Below, piece by piece: positions 38,151-50,225 of a DNA stretch of 64,000 bases (the stretch's first letter is position 1; each line of letters starts with the position of its first letter). The translations under genes were made by a program, and so were the position numbers. The DNA is taken from NCBI RefSeq assembly GCF_030028105.1, contig NC_092375.1, positions 14,721,537 through 14,785,536 of the forward strand, written 5' to 3'. The notes beneath the pieces are model-generated. The model did not search any database and was not told the origin of the DNA. It was given only the letters and a program-made list of their open reading frames with translations. This DNA comes from Mobula birostris (lineage: Eukaryota).

Positions 38151-38534
38151 TTCCACTCCTGAGCTCTTCATGTAGTTTTTTTTTACGTTCCTGACCTCAA
38201 GGCACTTAACCACACATTGCTCTAGTCTGTGCGAGGAGTGGCGCTCCACACAGACTTCCAATCTGTGCCTTGTAAGGCATGAAAATGCCCAACGCAGGCC
38301 TCTCATAGTCTGAGTCAACAGTCCCTCCCCTCCCTCCCTCCCTCCCTCCCTGACCTCAAAATGTACCTGTTTAATTGAAGCCTGACTATTACTAGTAACC
38401 AACAGCTCCATCTGCCCAGCTGCCCTATCCAATTAAACCAGGTGTGCACCTGAGTACATCAGCTAGTGCATGAAGAACACACTGAGCTTTCTGGTTGTTT
38501 TCCTTGTAAAACTGAGGCTGAGACACGGATTTAC

Positions 38535-38582
38535 CTTTGTTTTCTTCCTCTGCATTTGCAAATCTAAAATCCCGAGAAGATA
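38535..38582 (-). CDS. Possible 48-nt exon of the same host gene
   Basis: Acceptor tttctctcctcctacAG, donor AAG|GTAAAT; two frames open (YLLGILDLQMQRKKTK or xSSRDFRFANAEEENK). Not directly phase-compatible with the 14586 exon. Confidence 0.3.
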
Positions 38583-38599
38583 CTGTAGGAGGAGAGAAA

Positions 38600-38888
38600 T
38601 GTTATGATACACACCCAACCACGCCAGCTTCCGGGGTTTAGACGCTCCAACCCTCCGGAATATGGACAGCTGGTGTGGCCCCTTTAAGGATACAGCAACA
38701 TCCTGCTAATTGGCAATCATGTTTTGTGAACCAAGAATCGAGTATTTAAAGAGTACCTGAACTGAGGTTTGGTGCTTAGTCATGAGCTCTACTAAAAATT
38801 TTGTCTGGCGTTTGTTTTGTGGTCAGTTCTCGATCCAGTTTGATGTCGTGTCTCATTCCTTGCTTCAGATACCCCAGCATTTGTCACA
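38600..38888 (+). repeat. 5' LTR (partial 3' LTR match at about 40724-40753)
   Basis: TGT...ACA ends, TATTTAAA at 38743-38750; attccttgcttcagataccccagcatttgt resembles atccttgtctcggatactctagcatttgt. Confidence 0.75.
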
Positions 38889-38924
38889 GAATGATTAAGG
38901 CCATATGGACCCAGCAGGGTTTCA

Positions 38925-39050
38925 ACTCATACAAAATGCTGGAGGAACTCAGCAGTTCAGGCGGCATTTATGGAAGAGAGTACAGTGGCCGTTTCAGGTC
39001 GAAACCCTTCAGTGGATTTCCAGCATCTGTAGATTTTCTCTTGTTTGTTA
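38925..39050. mobile_element. Penelope-like fold-back repeat inserted just after the gag start
   Basis: CAAAATGCTGGAGGAACTCAGCAG ... GGATTTCCAGCATCTG family termini. Confidence 0.75.
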
Positions 39051-39458
39051 TCAAAGTCTTTCATCCGTTGTGATCAGCCACAGCAAAAATATTTCCAGAC
39101 AGAGCTGGAGATACACAAACTCCAGGTAGCTATTTGTCAACTTTTAGAAGGACGAAGCTAGAATTTATTGGGAGAGCCAGTTCTTCTTTCAACCCCAGAA
39201 CAGTTCGAAGGTGACCCGAGCTCTTGTCGCAGCTTCATCATTCAATGCTTGTTAGTGAATGGCAGCTGTCCTGGTTCCCTTTGGAGTGCGGAAAGGTGGC
39301 CTTCATTATCGCTCTTCTGACTAGAGAAGCACCAGCCTGGGCCACTGCACATTTGGAATTCAGACTGGAGGTTTGTGTGGATTAAGAGGAATTCATGGCT
39401 GCCTTGAGGAAGGTGTGCCAAGCCACCCGAAGCTCGGACTGTCTGATGAAGATTCGAC

Positions 39459-39601
39459 AGGGCGGATGGTTAGCATCCGACTTCGCTATGGAGCTTTGGA
39501 CCTTAGCCCAAGGTAGTGGCTGGAGCAGGGAGACCTCCAGCCACTACCTTGGGCTAAGGTCCAAAGCTCCATAGCAAAGTCGGATGCTAACCATCCGCCC
39601 T
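39459..39601. repeat. Inverted repeat, 67-bp arms (one mismatch), 9-bp spacer
   Basis: 39459-39525 is the reverse complement of 39535-39601 except cttCgc versus cttTgc. Confidence 0.97.
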
Positions 39602-41594
39602 ATACCACCATGGACTCTGAGATGAACTGAAGGACGCCCTTGCCTTAGGAGAACCAGCAGAGGACTTAAAGGTCCTGACTGACCAATCCATTTGTGTTCA
39701 CAATCATCTGGCAGAGTATGTGGGACCATATCAAGAGATCGAAGGAGGCTAGCCCGAGCCAGCCCACAATGCATCGTAGTTCCATTCCTCGATCTCGGAC
39801 CATGACCAGTCAGTCTCCTGCTCAGGAACTTGTCAAACTTATGCAAATCGGTCACTTAGAATCTCCGCTGATAAGAGGCTCCAGCATTTGAGTCGAGGTT
39901 GCTGCTATTACTGCGAGGAAATAGGTCACCTGTGGCTTGAATGTCTGAAGCTGCAGCCATTGGGAGAACTGTTAAGACCATCTGGTGTCGGGAGGACTGT
40001 GACAATAGCAGCCATTACCTCCAACCTTACAGATTTTGCTGTAATGCTGAGGATGGAGATCTCCTGGGGTATGAACTGACAAGAGGTGAATGCTTTTCTG
40101 GACTCTGGGGCAACGGGAAATTTTCTGGACCTGGGGACAGCCTGCTGCTTCAGGTGCTGAGTCAGCCCATGCTTGCAACTGTCTTAGAAGCCGTCCACTT
40201 GGTTCTGGGCAGAGCCGGCAGCAGACGTTGGCCTTGTGGATATGAGGATAGAGGATCATGTGGAGGACATTAGTCTATATCACTGACTCTCCTCACATAC
40301 CCCTGATCCTCAGGCATCCTTTGCTGTCCCAGAACAACCCTCCTGTGAAATGGAAGGATGGAAGGATGGAAGGATCATTGCATGGTCCAGTTGCTGCAAC
40401 AAGGCTTGTTTTCAGCTTGGTGTTCCAACCTCCAGACACTTCCAAGACCAGTGGCTGACTCAGAGGTAGACCTGCACAAGGTAACCTGGAGCCTTCAAGA
40501 AACGCAGTCCTACCTTCAAGGGAAGACAAGCCAGGTTCAGTCAATAGCCCTGTGCGAGTCCTGACTCTGTCCAGTCATGGACAGGAGCTAGATCTCTAGT
40601 TCAGAAGCAAGCTAAAGAGGTGCCCAAGCTCTGGAACTCTAGCAGCTAAGCCAAAGGGCTCCATTTGCCAGGTCCCACCAAAAGGAAAAGCTCCAAAATG
40701 GAAACTCTTGGAGCCTAGTCCCAATCCTTGTCTCGGATACTCTAGCATTTGTGTCCAAACCATTCTTGTCAAGGACTCTCATTACAAAAGGTTTTGGAAA
40801 ATATTACAAACAGGGTTACAGGATGCTTCATAACAAAGATAATTAGTTACATTTACATTTTTTCCACTAATTACATCAATATAAGTGTTCACACATTTTG
40901 CTAGCTACATTAGTTACCGTTTGGTATTACAATGATTTCAAAATAAATTTATTATCAAAATACCTTATACAACCTTGAGATTCATTTTATGCAGGCATAC
41001 TCAAAAAATCTATGGCATTATAACCATAACAGAATCAATGAAAGACTGCACCAACTTGGGTGCTCAACCAGTGTGAAAATACAAAAAAATGACAATAATA
41101 AATAAATAAGCAATAAGTATCAAGAACACGAGATGACAAACCCTTTAAAGTGAGTCCAGTAGTTGTGGGAACAATTCAAAGATGGGGTAAATGAAGTTGA
41201 GTGAAATTATCCCTTTTGATCCAAGAGCCTGATGGTAACTGTTGCTGAACCTGGTGGTGCAAGTCCTGAGGCTCCTGTACCTTCTTCCTGATTTCTATAT
41301 GTTATTCATTTAAATATGAGAGCCACCAATCCATACTCAATCAGAGCGGACCACCAATTTTGTATTCAAATACGTCAGACAAAGATCTTCATGCAACAGT
41401 GTGGTCCATCTCCTGCATTGGACCCTGACACTGGTCTGTGAGACAATCTCCATTACTTCCTTATCAGTATCGAACCCCTGAAAACCAATCTCTCACCAAT
41501 GTCCCTCCCTAATCTTCTACAGAATCGCCAAAGAAACCATCCTCCTACAGATTGGTATAGCAACTACTCTGGCCAAGACCACAAGAGATTCCAG

Positions 41595-41785
41595 AGAAAC
41601 AAGGGAGACTGCAGAAGTTGGAAATATAGAGCAAAACACAAAACACTGGAGGAATTCAGCAGATCAGGCAGCATCTATGGTTAGAACACATCGGTTGATG
41701 TTTTGTTCAAGATCCTTCATCAGGTCCTCCGAAGAAGGGTTTCAGTTTGAAACTTCCTCCAAGGATTTTTTATGTTGCTCAAGAA
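41595..41785. mobile_element. Penelope-like fold-back with back-to-back degenerate hammerhead motifs
   Basis: Minus CTGATGAaggatcttgaacAAAAcatc next to plus CCGAAGAagggtttcagtttGAAAc. Confidence 0.7.
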
Positions 41786-44700
41786 ATTACAGGGAGTTAT
41801 GAGTACAGTCCAATCCATCATGCAAAGCAGTCTCCAGTCCACTGACTCTGTCTACACTTCCTGCTCCCTCAGCATCAGCATAATGAAGAACTTTTATCCT
41901 CTGATTTAACCCCAACCTAATCACAAGACAATTTACAATGACTAATTATTCAATCAACTGGTATGCCTTTAGGCTGTGGGAGGAAACTGGAGCATATGGA
42001 GGAAACCCACAAGGTCAAAGGGAGAACATACAAACTCCTTACAGACAAAGGTGGTAACCACGATCACTGGAATGCAAGTCTTTCCCTCTTCCCTCCTCGC
42101 CAGTGTAGGGCCTGACTACCACCAATCTGACCCCATTGGTAGGACACGGTCACGGTCAGTTATCTGTTTTGTGGCCTTTTCTCTGCACTTTGGGCTCTGA
42201 CTTGCAGGTGAAGTAATCCTCTTGCTTGGTCACTTTTGAAACTCCGGAGACTTCTGCATGTTTAAACAAGGGGTGCTGGGAAAAGAAGGGTGGAGCTACA
42301 CTATCAAAAGGAAGGTCCAACAACAATTTGTCTTGGAAAAGATCTGTGGAGAGTTCCAGGGATTCCCCAACTAAAGTCACTGAAAAACAATTTGCTGTTC
42401 ATTCCTACTTTCGGTGTGTGGGACTTAGCTTGGGTCAAGTACCCGTTCAGCACAACCTTTTGCCTGGATGACTTTCTTGATCCAGGCACCTGAGCTACAA
42501 AGGATACGTGGCGAGTATGGCGAGTATGAGCAGGAGCTGGGAGGGAAGAAAGAAGAGGAAGGATCAAGACATGGGAGATCAACAGAGCTGAAACTAGGAG
42601 AAGGACAGAAGGGATAGGGGAGTCACAGGTAAGGAAAGTGTGAAAGAACCAGGTTGCATGGAAGGTAAATGAAGAGACTAAGGAGTGTTGAGGGAGATGG
42701 AGTGAAGAAAAAGGTGAAGCACGGGTCAACATGAATAGAGGAAGACAGAAGGAGTCTGGAATGCTTCTTTCTGCATAGTTTCTTTATTCCGGGACCGGAC
42801 TCACAAGACCCAGACAGAGATGTTCTGAGGAGAGTAATTTCATACCACTATATGTTATGGTAAGAAGTGATGGGAATTGCATGGGGAATACTTAAAACAG
42901 CCCCACCTAAACCAAACCATAACTATTACATTTGAAACAAAGCATTGGCAACATTGTTCAGTGAAGCTCTTGTCACTAAAAATGGCTATTATATGATACT
43001 GGATTGTCTTCTATTTTTAGACAGTTTGTCGGGATCGAGGATAATTCACTTCCACTCTGGATTTGTGGGCATTAGGGTGACTAATCAGGCCACTGGAGCT
43101 GTAAAGTTTTCTATAGATAATGCTGATGTGATGGTCTAGTGGGTGGTTTTAGAAGCCCTCTGCACCTTTGACACAAAAGGTTCTGTGTACTTTTGAGGCC
43201 AGATCTTGGGGTTCTCAAAGCCATCATGAATGCTCCTTCGGTGTGGTCAATCATGGGTATAGATTGAAAGGATAATCAAAGGAGACCCTGAGAGAGAGGG
43301 AAGGAGGAGGGGCACTAGGGAAAGGTGATAGGCAGATGAGGAGAAGAGAAGGGGTGAAAAAGAGACACTCCTATCCTGTCCTCTCCAATTAGACTCCTTC
43401 TTCTTTACCTCTTCTACCTATTGCCTCTGAGTATCTTACTTCATTTCCCCTCCCCCACCCATCGACCTGCCTCCTCACCTGGTTTCAGCTATCACCTGTG
43501 TGTACTCCTTCACCTCTCCCACCTCCTTATTCTGGCTTCTTCAATCTTCTTCTTCAGAAGTTGATGAAACGCCTTGGTCCAAAACATCGACTGTTTATTC
43601 CTTTCCAAAAACGCTGCCTGACCCTGCAGAGTTCCTCAAGTAATAGTGTGTGTTATTCAAGATTTCCAGCATCTGCAGAATCTCTTATATTTGAAATTTC
43701 ATGACATACGTCAGTCAGTATGACCCAGTCCATTACAGGTAAAGTCCTCCCCACCTTTAAGCACACCTACACAAAATGCAGTTGCAGGAAAGCAGCAAAC
43801 CCACCATCAGGGGCCTGCATCAACCAGGACATGCTCTCCTCTTGCTGCTGCATTTGTAAGAAGGTACAGGAACCTTAGGGCTCATATTACCTGGTTCAGG
43901 AACAGTTATTACCTCTCTGACATTAGGCTCTTGAACAAAGGGGATAACTTCACTCAACTTCACTTGCCGGTTATTGAAATGTTTCAGCAAACTATGGACT
44001 CGCTTTCAAGGACTCTTTATCTCATGTTCTTGATACTTAATGCTTATTTATTTATCATTATTATTGCTTTAATTTTGTATTTGCACAGTTTGTTGTATTT
44101 TGTACACTGGTTGAACACCTAAGTTGGTGTGGTCTTCCATTAATTCTGTAATGGTTATTATTCTATTATGGATTTATTGAGTATGCCTGCAAGAAAATGA
44201 ATCTCGGGGTTGTATATGATGATGTATATGTACTTTGATAATAAATTTACTTTGAACTTTGGTAATAAACCTGATTATAATTCAGATTGTCTGGCTCATT
44301 TTTTCAGACACCCTTTCCTGTAGAATCAAATGTAAAATGTAAAAGTACAGTGTTTCTAAGGCCAGGTCAGAGACTGAGAGGTCAGCATGGTGGGAAAATG
44401 GGTTGGTAATTTGGAGTGGGGGGATGAGCGGTTCAGAGATCTCTTTGTAGCCTGGTTGTTCAGCTGTTTGCATCCATGCTTTATGATATCTAGAGTCAGC
44501 ACGATAGTGTAGCAGTTAGTGTAACTCTACTACATCAGCAGTTACTTGGATTCATCTCCATCACTGCCTATAATGAGTTTGTATTTTCCCCCTGTGACCA
44601 TGTGGGTTTCCTCTGGGTGTTTCGGTTTCCTTCCACATTCCAAAGATTAGTAGGTTAATTGGTCCCAATGGGTGTAATAGGGTCCATTGTGCTGGAAAGA

Positions 44701-45959
44701 CCTGTTACTGTGCTGTATCTGTAAATAAGTAAGTCAGGGGCAAAGTTGGAGTGGGTCTGGGGATTGGTGCAGGAAATACCATTGGGAACTCATGTGGGGG
44801 ATTGCCGACCCCTCCCCTCACACAACAAGCCCACTTTCCCACTATTCTGACTCCTCAGACTCAGATCTGGACCTGGTATCACTGTGCGTGGACGAGTAGT
44901 CATTTCAGTGAGTGGGCTGTGAATGGTTTGAAACCCCAGGAAGTAGAGAAATCAGAAAAAATTATAACAGTCCTGCAAACATGAGGAAAGCTGCAGATGC
45001 TGGAATTTCAAGCGACACACATAGAAATTGCTGGTGAACGCAGCAGGCCAGGCAGCATCTATAGGAAGAGGTACAGTCGGCATTTTGGGCCGAGACCTTT
45101 CGTCAGGACAAAGCAGACAGTCCTGTTTGGATGGGTGGCAGAATTGACCTGGGATGTATTTTTAGACTGTGTGAGCATAGGGCACAAGGGCTGGTGATCC
45201 TCAGGGTAAGCAAGCTGGTGAGTCCAGAGTTCAAGGCCCGGTGTTCAGAATCCTGTAACTGACTCCTGGGGTCGATACTGAAGATCAAAACCCATCGGTT
45301 GAACAGACGTTGAGGCATGAGAGCCAAAGTTTTGGGTCTACGAGACTGAGGGTCCACCGGGGAAGTCAGACGCTAGATGTCTGCAAATTCATGAGTCCAC
45401 AGGTGGCTGGAGGCTCAGAGAACTGTTTGTGTGAGTGAGCGGGAGGGAGGAATAAGATTTATTTTGCTGCTTATTGTGTTCTGTGTTGTTCTGCTCAACA
45501 TTGTACGTATGCTATGTGGTGCCAGAATGTGTAGTGATACTTGCGGGCTACCTCCAGCATATCCTTAACTTGTGTTGGTTGTTAACACAAATGATGCATT
45601 TCACTGTATGTTTCATCATATACATGATAAATAAATTACTCTGAATGGAACACTGCAGGATAGAAGCAGGCCATTCAGTCCATCTATTCCATGCCAACCT
45701 GGTCTTCTGCCTAATGCCATCTACTTGCACCCAGACTAGAGCCCTCCATGCAACATTCATTCATCTTCTCTCAAATGTTACAAATGAACTTGCATCAACC
45801 ACTTCCACTGAAAGTTCAGTAGTATTTATTTATTTATTTATTTATTATTTGCTTTTCTTATTTTCAGTTTGTCTTCTTTTGGACGTAGATTGCTTTTTCT
45901 GTGTTTGTTTGTGTTTAGTTTTTCATTGATCCTTTTGTATTTCTTTGTTCTACTGTGGA

Positions 45960-46528
45960 TTGGTAAGGTGAAATTTGGAGTATTGTGTACAGTTCTGGTC
46001 ACCGAATTATAGGAAAGATGTCAACAAGATTGAGAGAGTACAGAGAGGATTTACTAGACTGTTACCTGGGTTTCATCTCCTAAGCTACAGAGAAAGGTTG
46101 AACAAGTTGGGTCTTTATTCTTTGGAGCGTAGAAGGTTGAGGGGAGACTTGATAGAGGTGTTTAAAATTATGAGGGGGATTGATAAAGTTGATGTGGATG
46201 GGCTTTTTCCATTGAGAGTGGGGGAGATTTAAACAAGACATGAGTTGAGAGTTAAAGGGCAAAAGTTTAGGGGTAACATGAGGGGGAACTACTTTACTCC
46301 GAGAGTGGCAGCTGTGTGGAACGAGCTTCCAGCAGAAGTGGTTGAGGCAGGTTCGATGTTGTCATTTAAAGTTAAATTGGATAGATATATGGACAGGAAA
46401 GGAATGGAGGGTTATGGGCTGAGTGCAGGTCGGTGGGACTAGGTGAGAGTAGGAGTTCAGCACGGACTAGAAGGGCCGAGATGGCTTGCTTCCGTGCTGT
46501 AATTGCTATATGGTTATATGGTTATATG
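45960..46528 (+). mobile_element. CR1 3' fragment inserted in a Rex1-type 3' UTR
   Basis: LEYCVQFWSPNYRKD...; (GTTATATG)n tail; TGGAT at 45956-45960 and again at 46527-46531 where the host repeat resumes. Confidence 0.9.
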
Positions 46529-49154
46529 GATGCCTGCAGGAAGGTGAATCCCAGGGGTAGTATATAGTGACAGATACTTGCTTTGATAATAAATTTACTT
46601 TGAATATTGCACTTGGAGCATGTTCCACATATGCACAACACTCCGAGTGAAAATGTTCTCCCTCAGATTCTCCTTACATAATTCACCTTTCAAAGTTTGA
46701 AGTACATTTATTATCAAAGTACGTATACAGTACTATATACAATCTTGCAAATAGTCTCCTTACAGGAAGCCACAAAGCAAAGAGACTCAAGAGGACTCAT
46801 TCAAAAAGGCTGTCAAACACCAAATGTGCAAAAAAAGAACAAACCATGCAAACAATAAATAAGTAGGCAAATAAGATTCAGAAACCAGTTATTACTGCAG
46901 CCTGTCCAGGAATCCATTAGTTGCAGGCCAAAGCCTCAGTTCTGCACAAAGACAAGTAAATCACACCCTGCAGTGCGCTGGACACTGGCCCGTCAATCGT
47001 CTCTGGCCCTGACACCCTGATCTTTTCAATCTGGCCAGGTGCATAAAATCCGCCAAACATTAGTTCATTCCTCACACTCAGATCTGGGCCCTTCTGCTTC
47101 GACACACTCTTGGGCCTGGGCCCCGCTGCCTTGGTACAGCCCATACTCGACCTTTCCAATCTGGCCTGCTACTTAAATTTGTCTTTTCTTTCTTGATTTT
47201 CTGCAATAACTCTTTAGTTAAGATTCATGCATATAATTCCTTTAATCGTAATCTGTGATTTCGTGCCACTAATTTGTAACAGGGCAGCAAATTACACAGC
47301 ATCCACACAAACCAGGCTTTGGGGTGGGAGAGCCTTCTCAATGTCATAGGTTTGGCAGGACCAGAGAGTGTCTTCCCTACACTTACACAGTCAAGGAAAC
47401 CAGGGCGTTGGATTTATTTATTTATTTATTTATTTACTGTAATAACTGTTTGCTGTAATTCCATTTGTTTTATTTTTATGTATGGCAAGGCACTGCTGCT
47501 GCAAAGACAACGAATTTCACAACATGTGCTGGTAATATTAAACCTGATTCTGATTCTGATTCTGCAGTGTCCTGGCATATATAAAAAAAATGTTTGCCTT
47601 CTTCAATAACTAAATTGGAAATAAAAGAAAGAAAAATGAATTATAAGAGGGGGATCTGGGACATTATTGAAGTATACTCCAAAGATACCATGACATGGAG
47701 AGGGAAACTATAAAAATAATGATTGCTAAGTAAGAAGGTCAGATATAACCTGGAGGCTAATGAAACTCAATATAAGATACAGGGAACTAAAAAGTCAGCC
47801 AAATTCACTGGAGAATATTTAAGTAATATAAAGGGAAGAGATTGACAGAAAGTGATGAAATGAGTTGCAGTAAAATAGATTAAGGAATTAGAACTGTAAA
47901 TGGTAGGTGCTGTGTTAGGAAAGGTAGGGGCTGAGAGAGCTAGGATAAGAAGAGGTGGGCCAAGTGGCTTTCTTCTGAGCTGTAAGATTCTCTGTGTTTC
48001 CTTGGTTCTGCGTATCCACATTCAGATTAGTTTTATTGTCATACATGTAAGGCTACTATGCAACACACACAAAATGCTGGAGGAACTTGGGCAGTATCTA
48101 TGATCAATGTCTTGGGCCAAGACCCTTCTTCAGGACGGGACAAAAAGAGGGAAGACACCAATATAAGATGCCAGGTGGGGGGAGATGAAAGAGTCTAGCT
48201 GGAAGGTGGTAGGTGAAGCCAGCTGGGTAGGGAAGGTAAAGGGCTGGAGAGGAAGGAATCTGATAGGAGAGGAGAGTGGACCATAGGAGAAAGGGAAGGA
48301 GAAGTGGACCCAGGGGGAGATGATAGGCAGGTGAGAAGTAGTAAGAGGCCAGAGAGGGGAAGGGAAAAATGTTTTCATTTGTGTGAAGCTTGTGGAGTAA
48401 ATGGTGTACATAGTAAAAGATTTAATGATTTAAAGGATAGCTTTATTTGTGACATGTAAATTGAAGCATTAAAACATGCAGTGAAGTGTGTTGTTTGCGC
48501 CAATGACCAGCACAGTCCGAGACGTGCCAGTGGCGGCCCGCAGGTATCACTTTGCTCCTAGCACCAACATAGCATGTCCACAACCTCCTGATCCTCACTC
48601 CTATGTCTTTGGAATGTGGGTGGAAACTGGAGCACCCGAAAACATATCCAATGTGGCCATTGGGAGAGAATATGAATCCCTTACAGACGGCAGTGGGAGT
48701 TGAATTCTAATCAGTCAGCTGGTGCTGTAAAGCATTTCTCTCACCATTACACTACTGTGTCACGAGTAAACACAGTGATGAGCATAAAACAATGAGACGG
48801 TGCAAAGATTGTAGTGCATAAAAAAAACCTAACAAGAACAGAATAACTGAGAGGTAGAATTAAGTGCTCGAGTATGTGGCAGCACAGGAATATTGTTTGG
48901 AATCAGTTAAAAACAGAAAATGTGGTTTATGCACCGCAAACACCTTCTCATCATTGAAAGGTTCAATGACGAGGAATGAGAGATGTACAATTCTTGGCCA
49001 AAGATGTAAGGGAGATTTTTATTATGCAGAGAGATGTTATGACCAGGGTGGGTGGAAACAGAATTATTCAGGAAGGACTAAAAGGAAGCGGGCTAGGTAC
49101 TTGAGAGATGGTAATTTAAAGGGCCATGTTAAAAACAGAATCGGACTGATAATA

Positions 49155-49375
49155 AAGACAAAAGATTCTGCAAATACTGGAAATCCCGGGCAACACATCC
49201 AAAAAGGCTGGAAGAACTCAGCAGGCAGGGCAACGTCTTATGGACAACAGTCGATGTTTCGGGCTAAGAGTTTGAAGAGTTGGTGCCCTGATGAAGGATC
49301 TCGGTCTGAAACATCAACTGTTTATTCATTCCCATAGAGATTGCATGGCCTGCTGAGTTCTTGCATTTTGTGTTA
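49155..49375. mobile_element. Penelope-like fold-back element; plus-strand hammerhead core at 49288-49315
   Basis: Inverted arms GAACTCAGCAGGC / GCCTGCTGAGTTC; CUGAUGA-A-GGA(UCUCGG)UCU-GAAA-CAUC. Confidence 0.75.
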
Positions 49376-49849
49376 CATAGGACTGATAATACAACTCTAC
49401 TCAGACATAATTGATTGAATGCCCCCCTTCTCTGTCATAACAATCTATGATTCTGTAATTCTATGACTTCATAAGCTATTAAGTATATGAACATCAATAA
49501 AGTTTATGATTATGAAGTTAAATAGAACAGAAATATTTCAATTGACATGGCACTTTATTACATTATTAATAAGCATGGCTCATGATAAATGAATCTGAAA
49601 GCAGCTCCTGTTGTGCTGACAAGTACACTGCGTCTCAGCCCAGGAGCAAGGAGAGAGATTATTGGTTATTTCTCTTGTGGAGCAATACTTGGAGAGTTAC
49701 ACAGAACGTAGAACAATACAACACGGTACAGGCATTTCAACTCACAATGTTGTGTCAACCTTTTAATCTACTCTAACATCAACCTAACCCTTCCCTCCCC
49801 TTAGCTTATACTATTTTGTTTTCATCTGCGTGCCAGTCTAAAAAGCCAC

Positions 49850-50225
49850 CTATCAACTGTTGAAAGACTCAAATAGAGTGGCTGTGGGGAGGATGTTGCC
49901 TATAATGGGAGAGTCTAGGATCAGAGGGCACAGCCTCAGAATGCAAGTACATCCCTATAGAACAGAGATGAGAAGAAATTTCTTTAGCCAGAGGGTGGTG
50001 AATCTGTGGAATTCATTGCTACAGACAGTTGTGGAAGCCAGGGCATTGTTCATATTTAAAGCAGAGGTTGATAGGTTATTGATTAGTAAGGGCATCAGAA
50101 GTTATGGAATAAGGCAGGAGTATGCAGCTGAGAGAGATAATAAATCAGCCATGATGGAATGGCAGAGTACACTCGATGGGATGAATGGCCTAATTCTGCT
50201 CGTACCTTATGGTCTTATGGTGTTA
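49850..50225 (+). mobile_element. CR1 3' fragment
   Basis: GESRIRGHSLR...EMRRNFFSQRVVNLWNSL plus CTTATGGT tail. Confidence 0.9.

Larger units (their letters stand above)
38600..40790 (+). mobile_element. Ty3/Gypsy LTR element of Sushi/Tf1 type, gag-protease only, decayed
   Basis: Gag start MDPA (38905), PEQFEGDP..CRSFI.QC and KVAFIIALLT..A.AWATA, CX2CX4HX4C knuckle (about 39903-39944), protease AFLDSGATGNF (about 40092), P.PLIL..P.L..NNP.V.W; no RT/RNaseH/IN seen. Confidence 0.9.
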
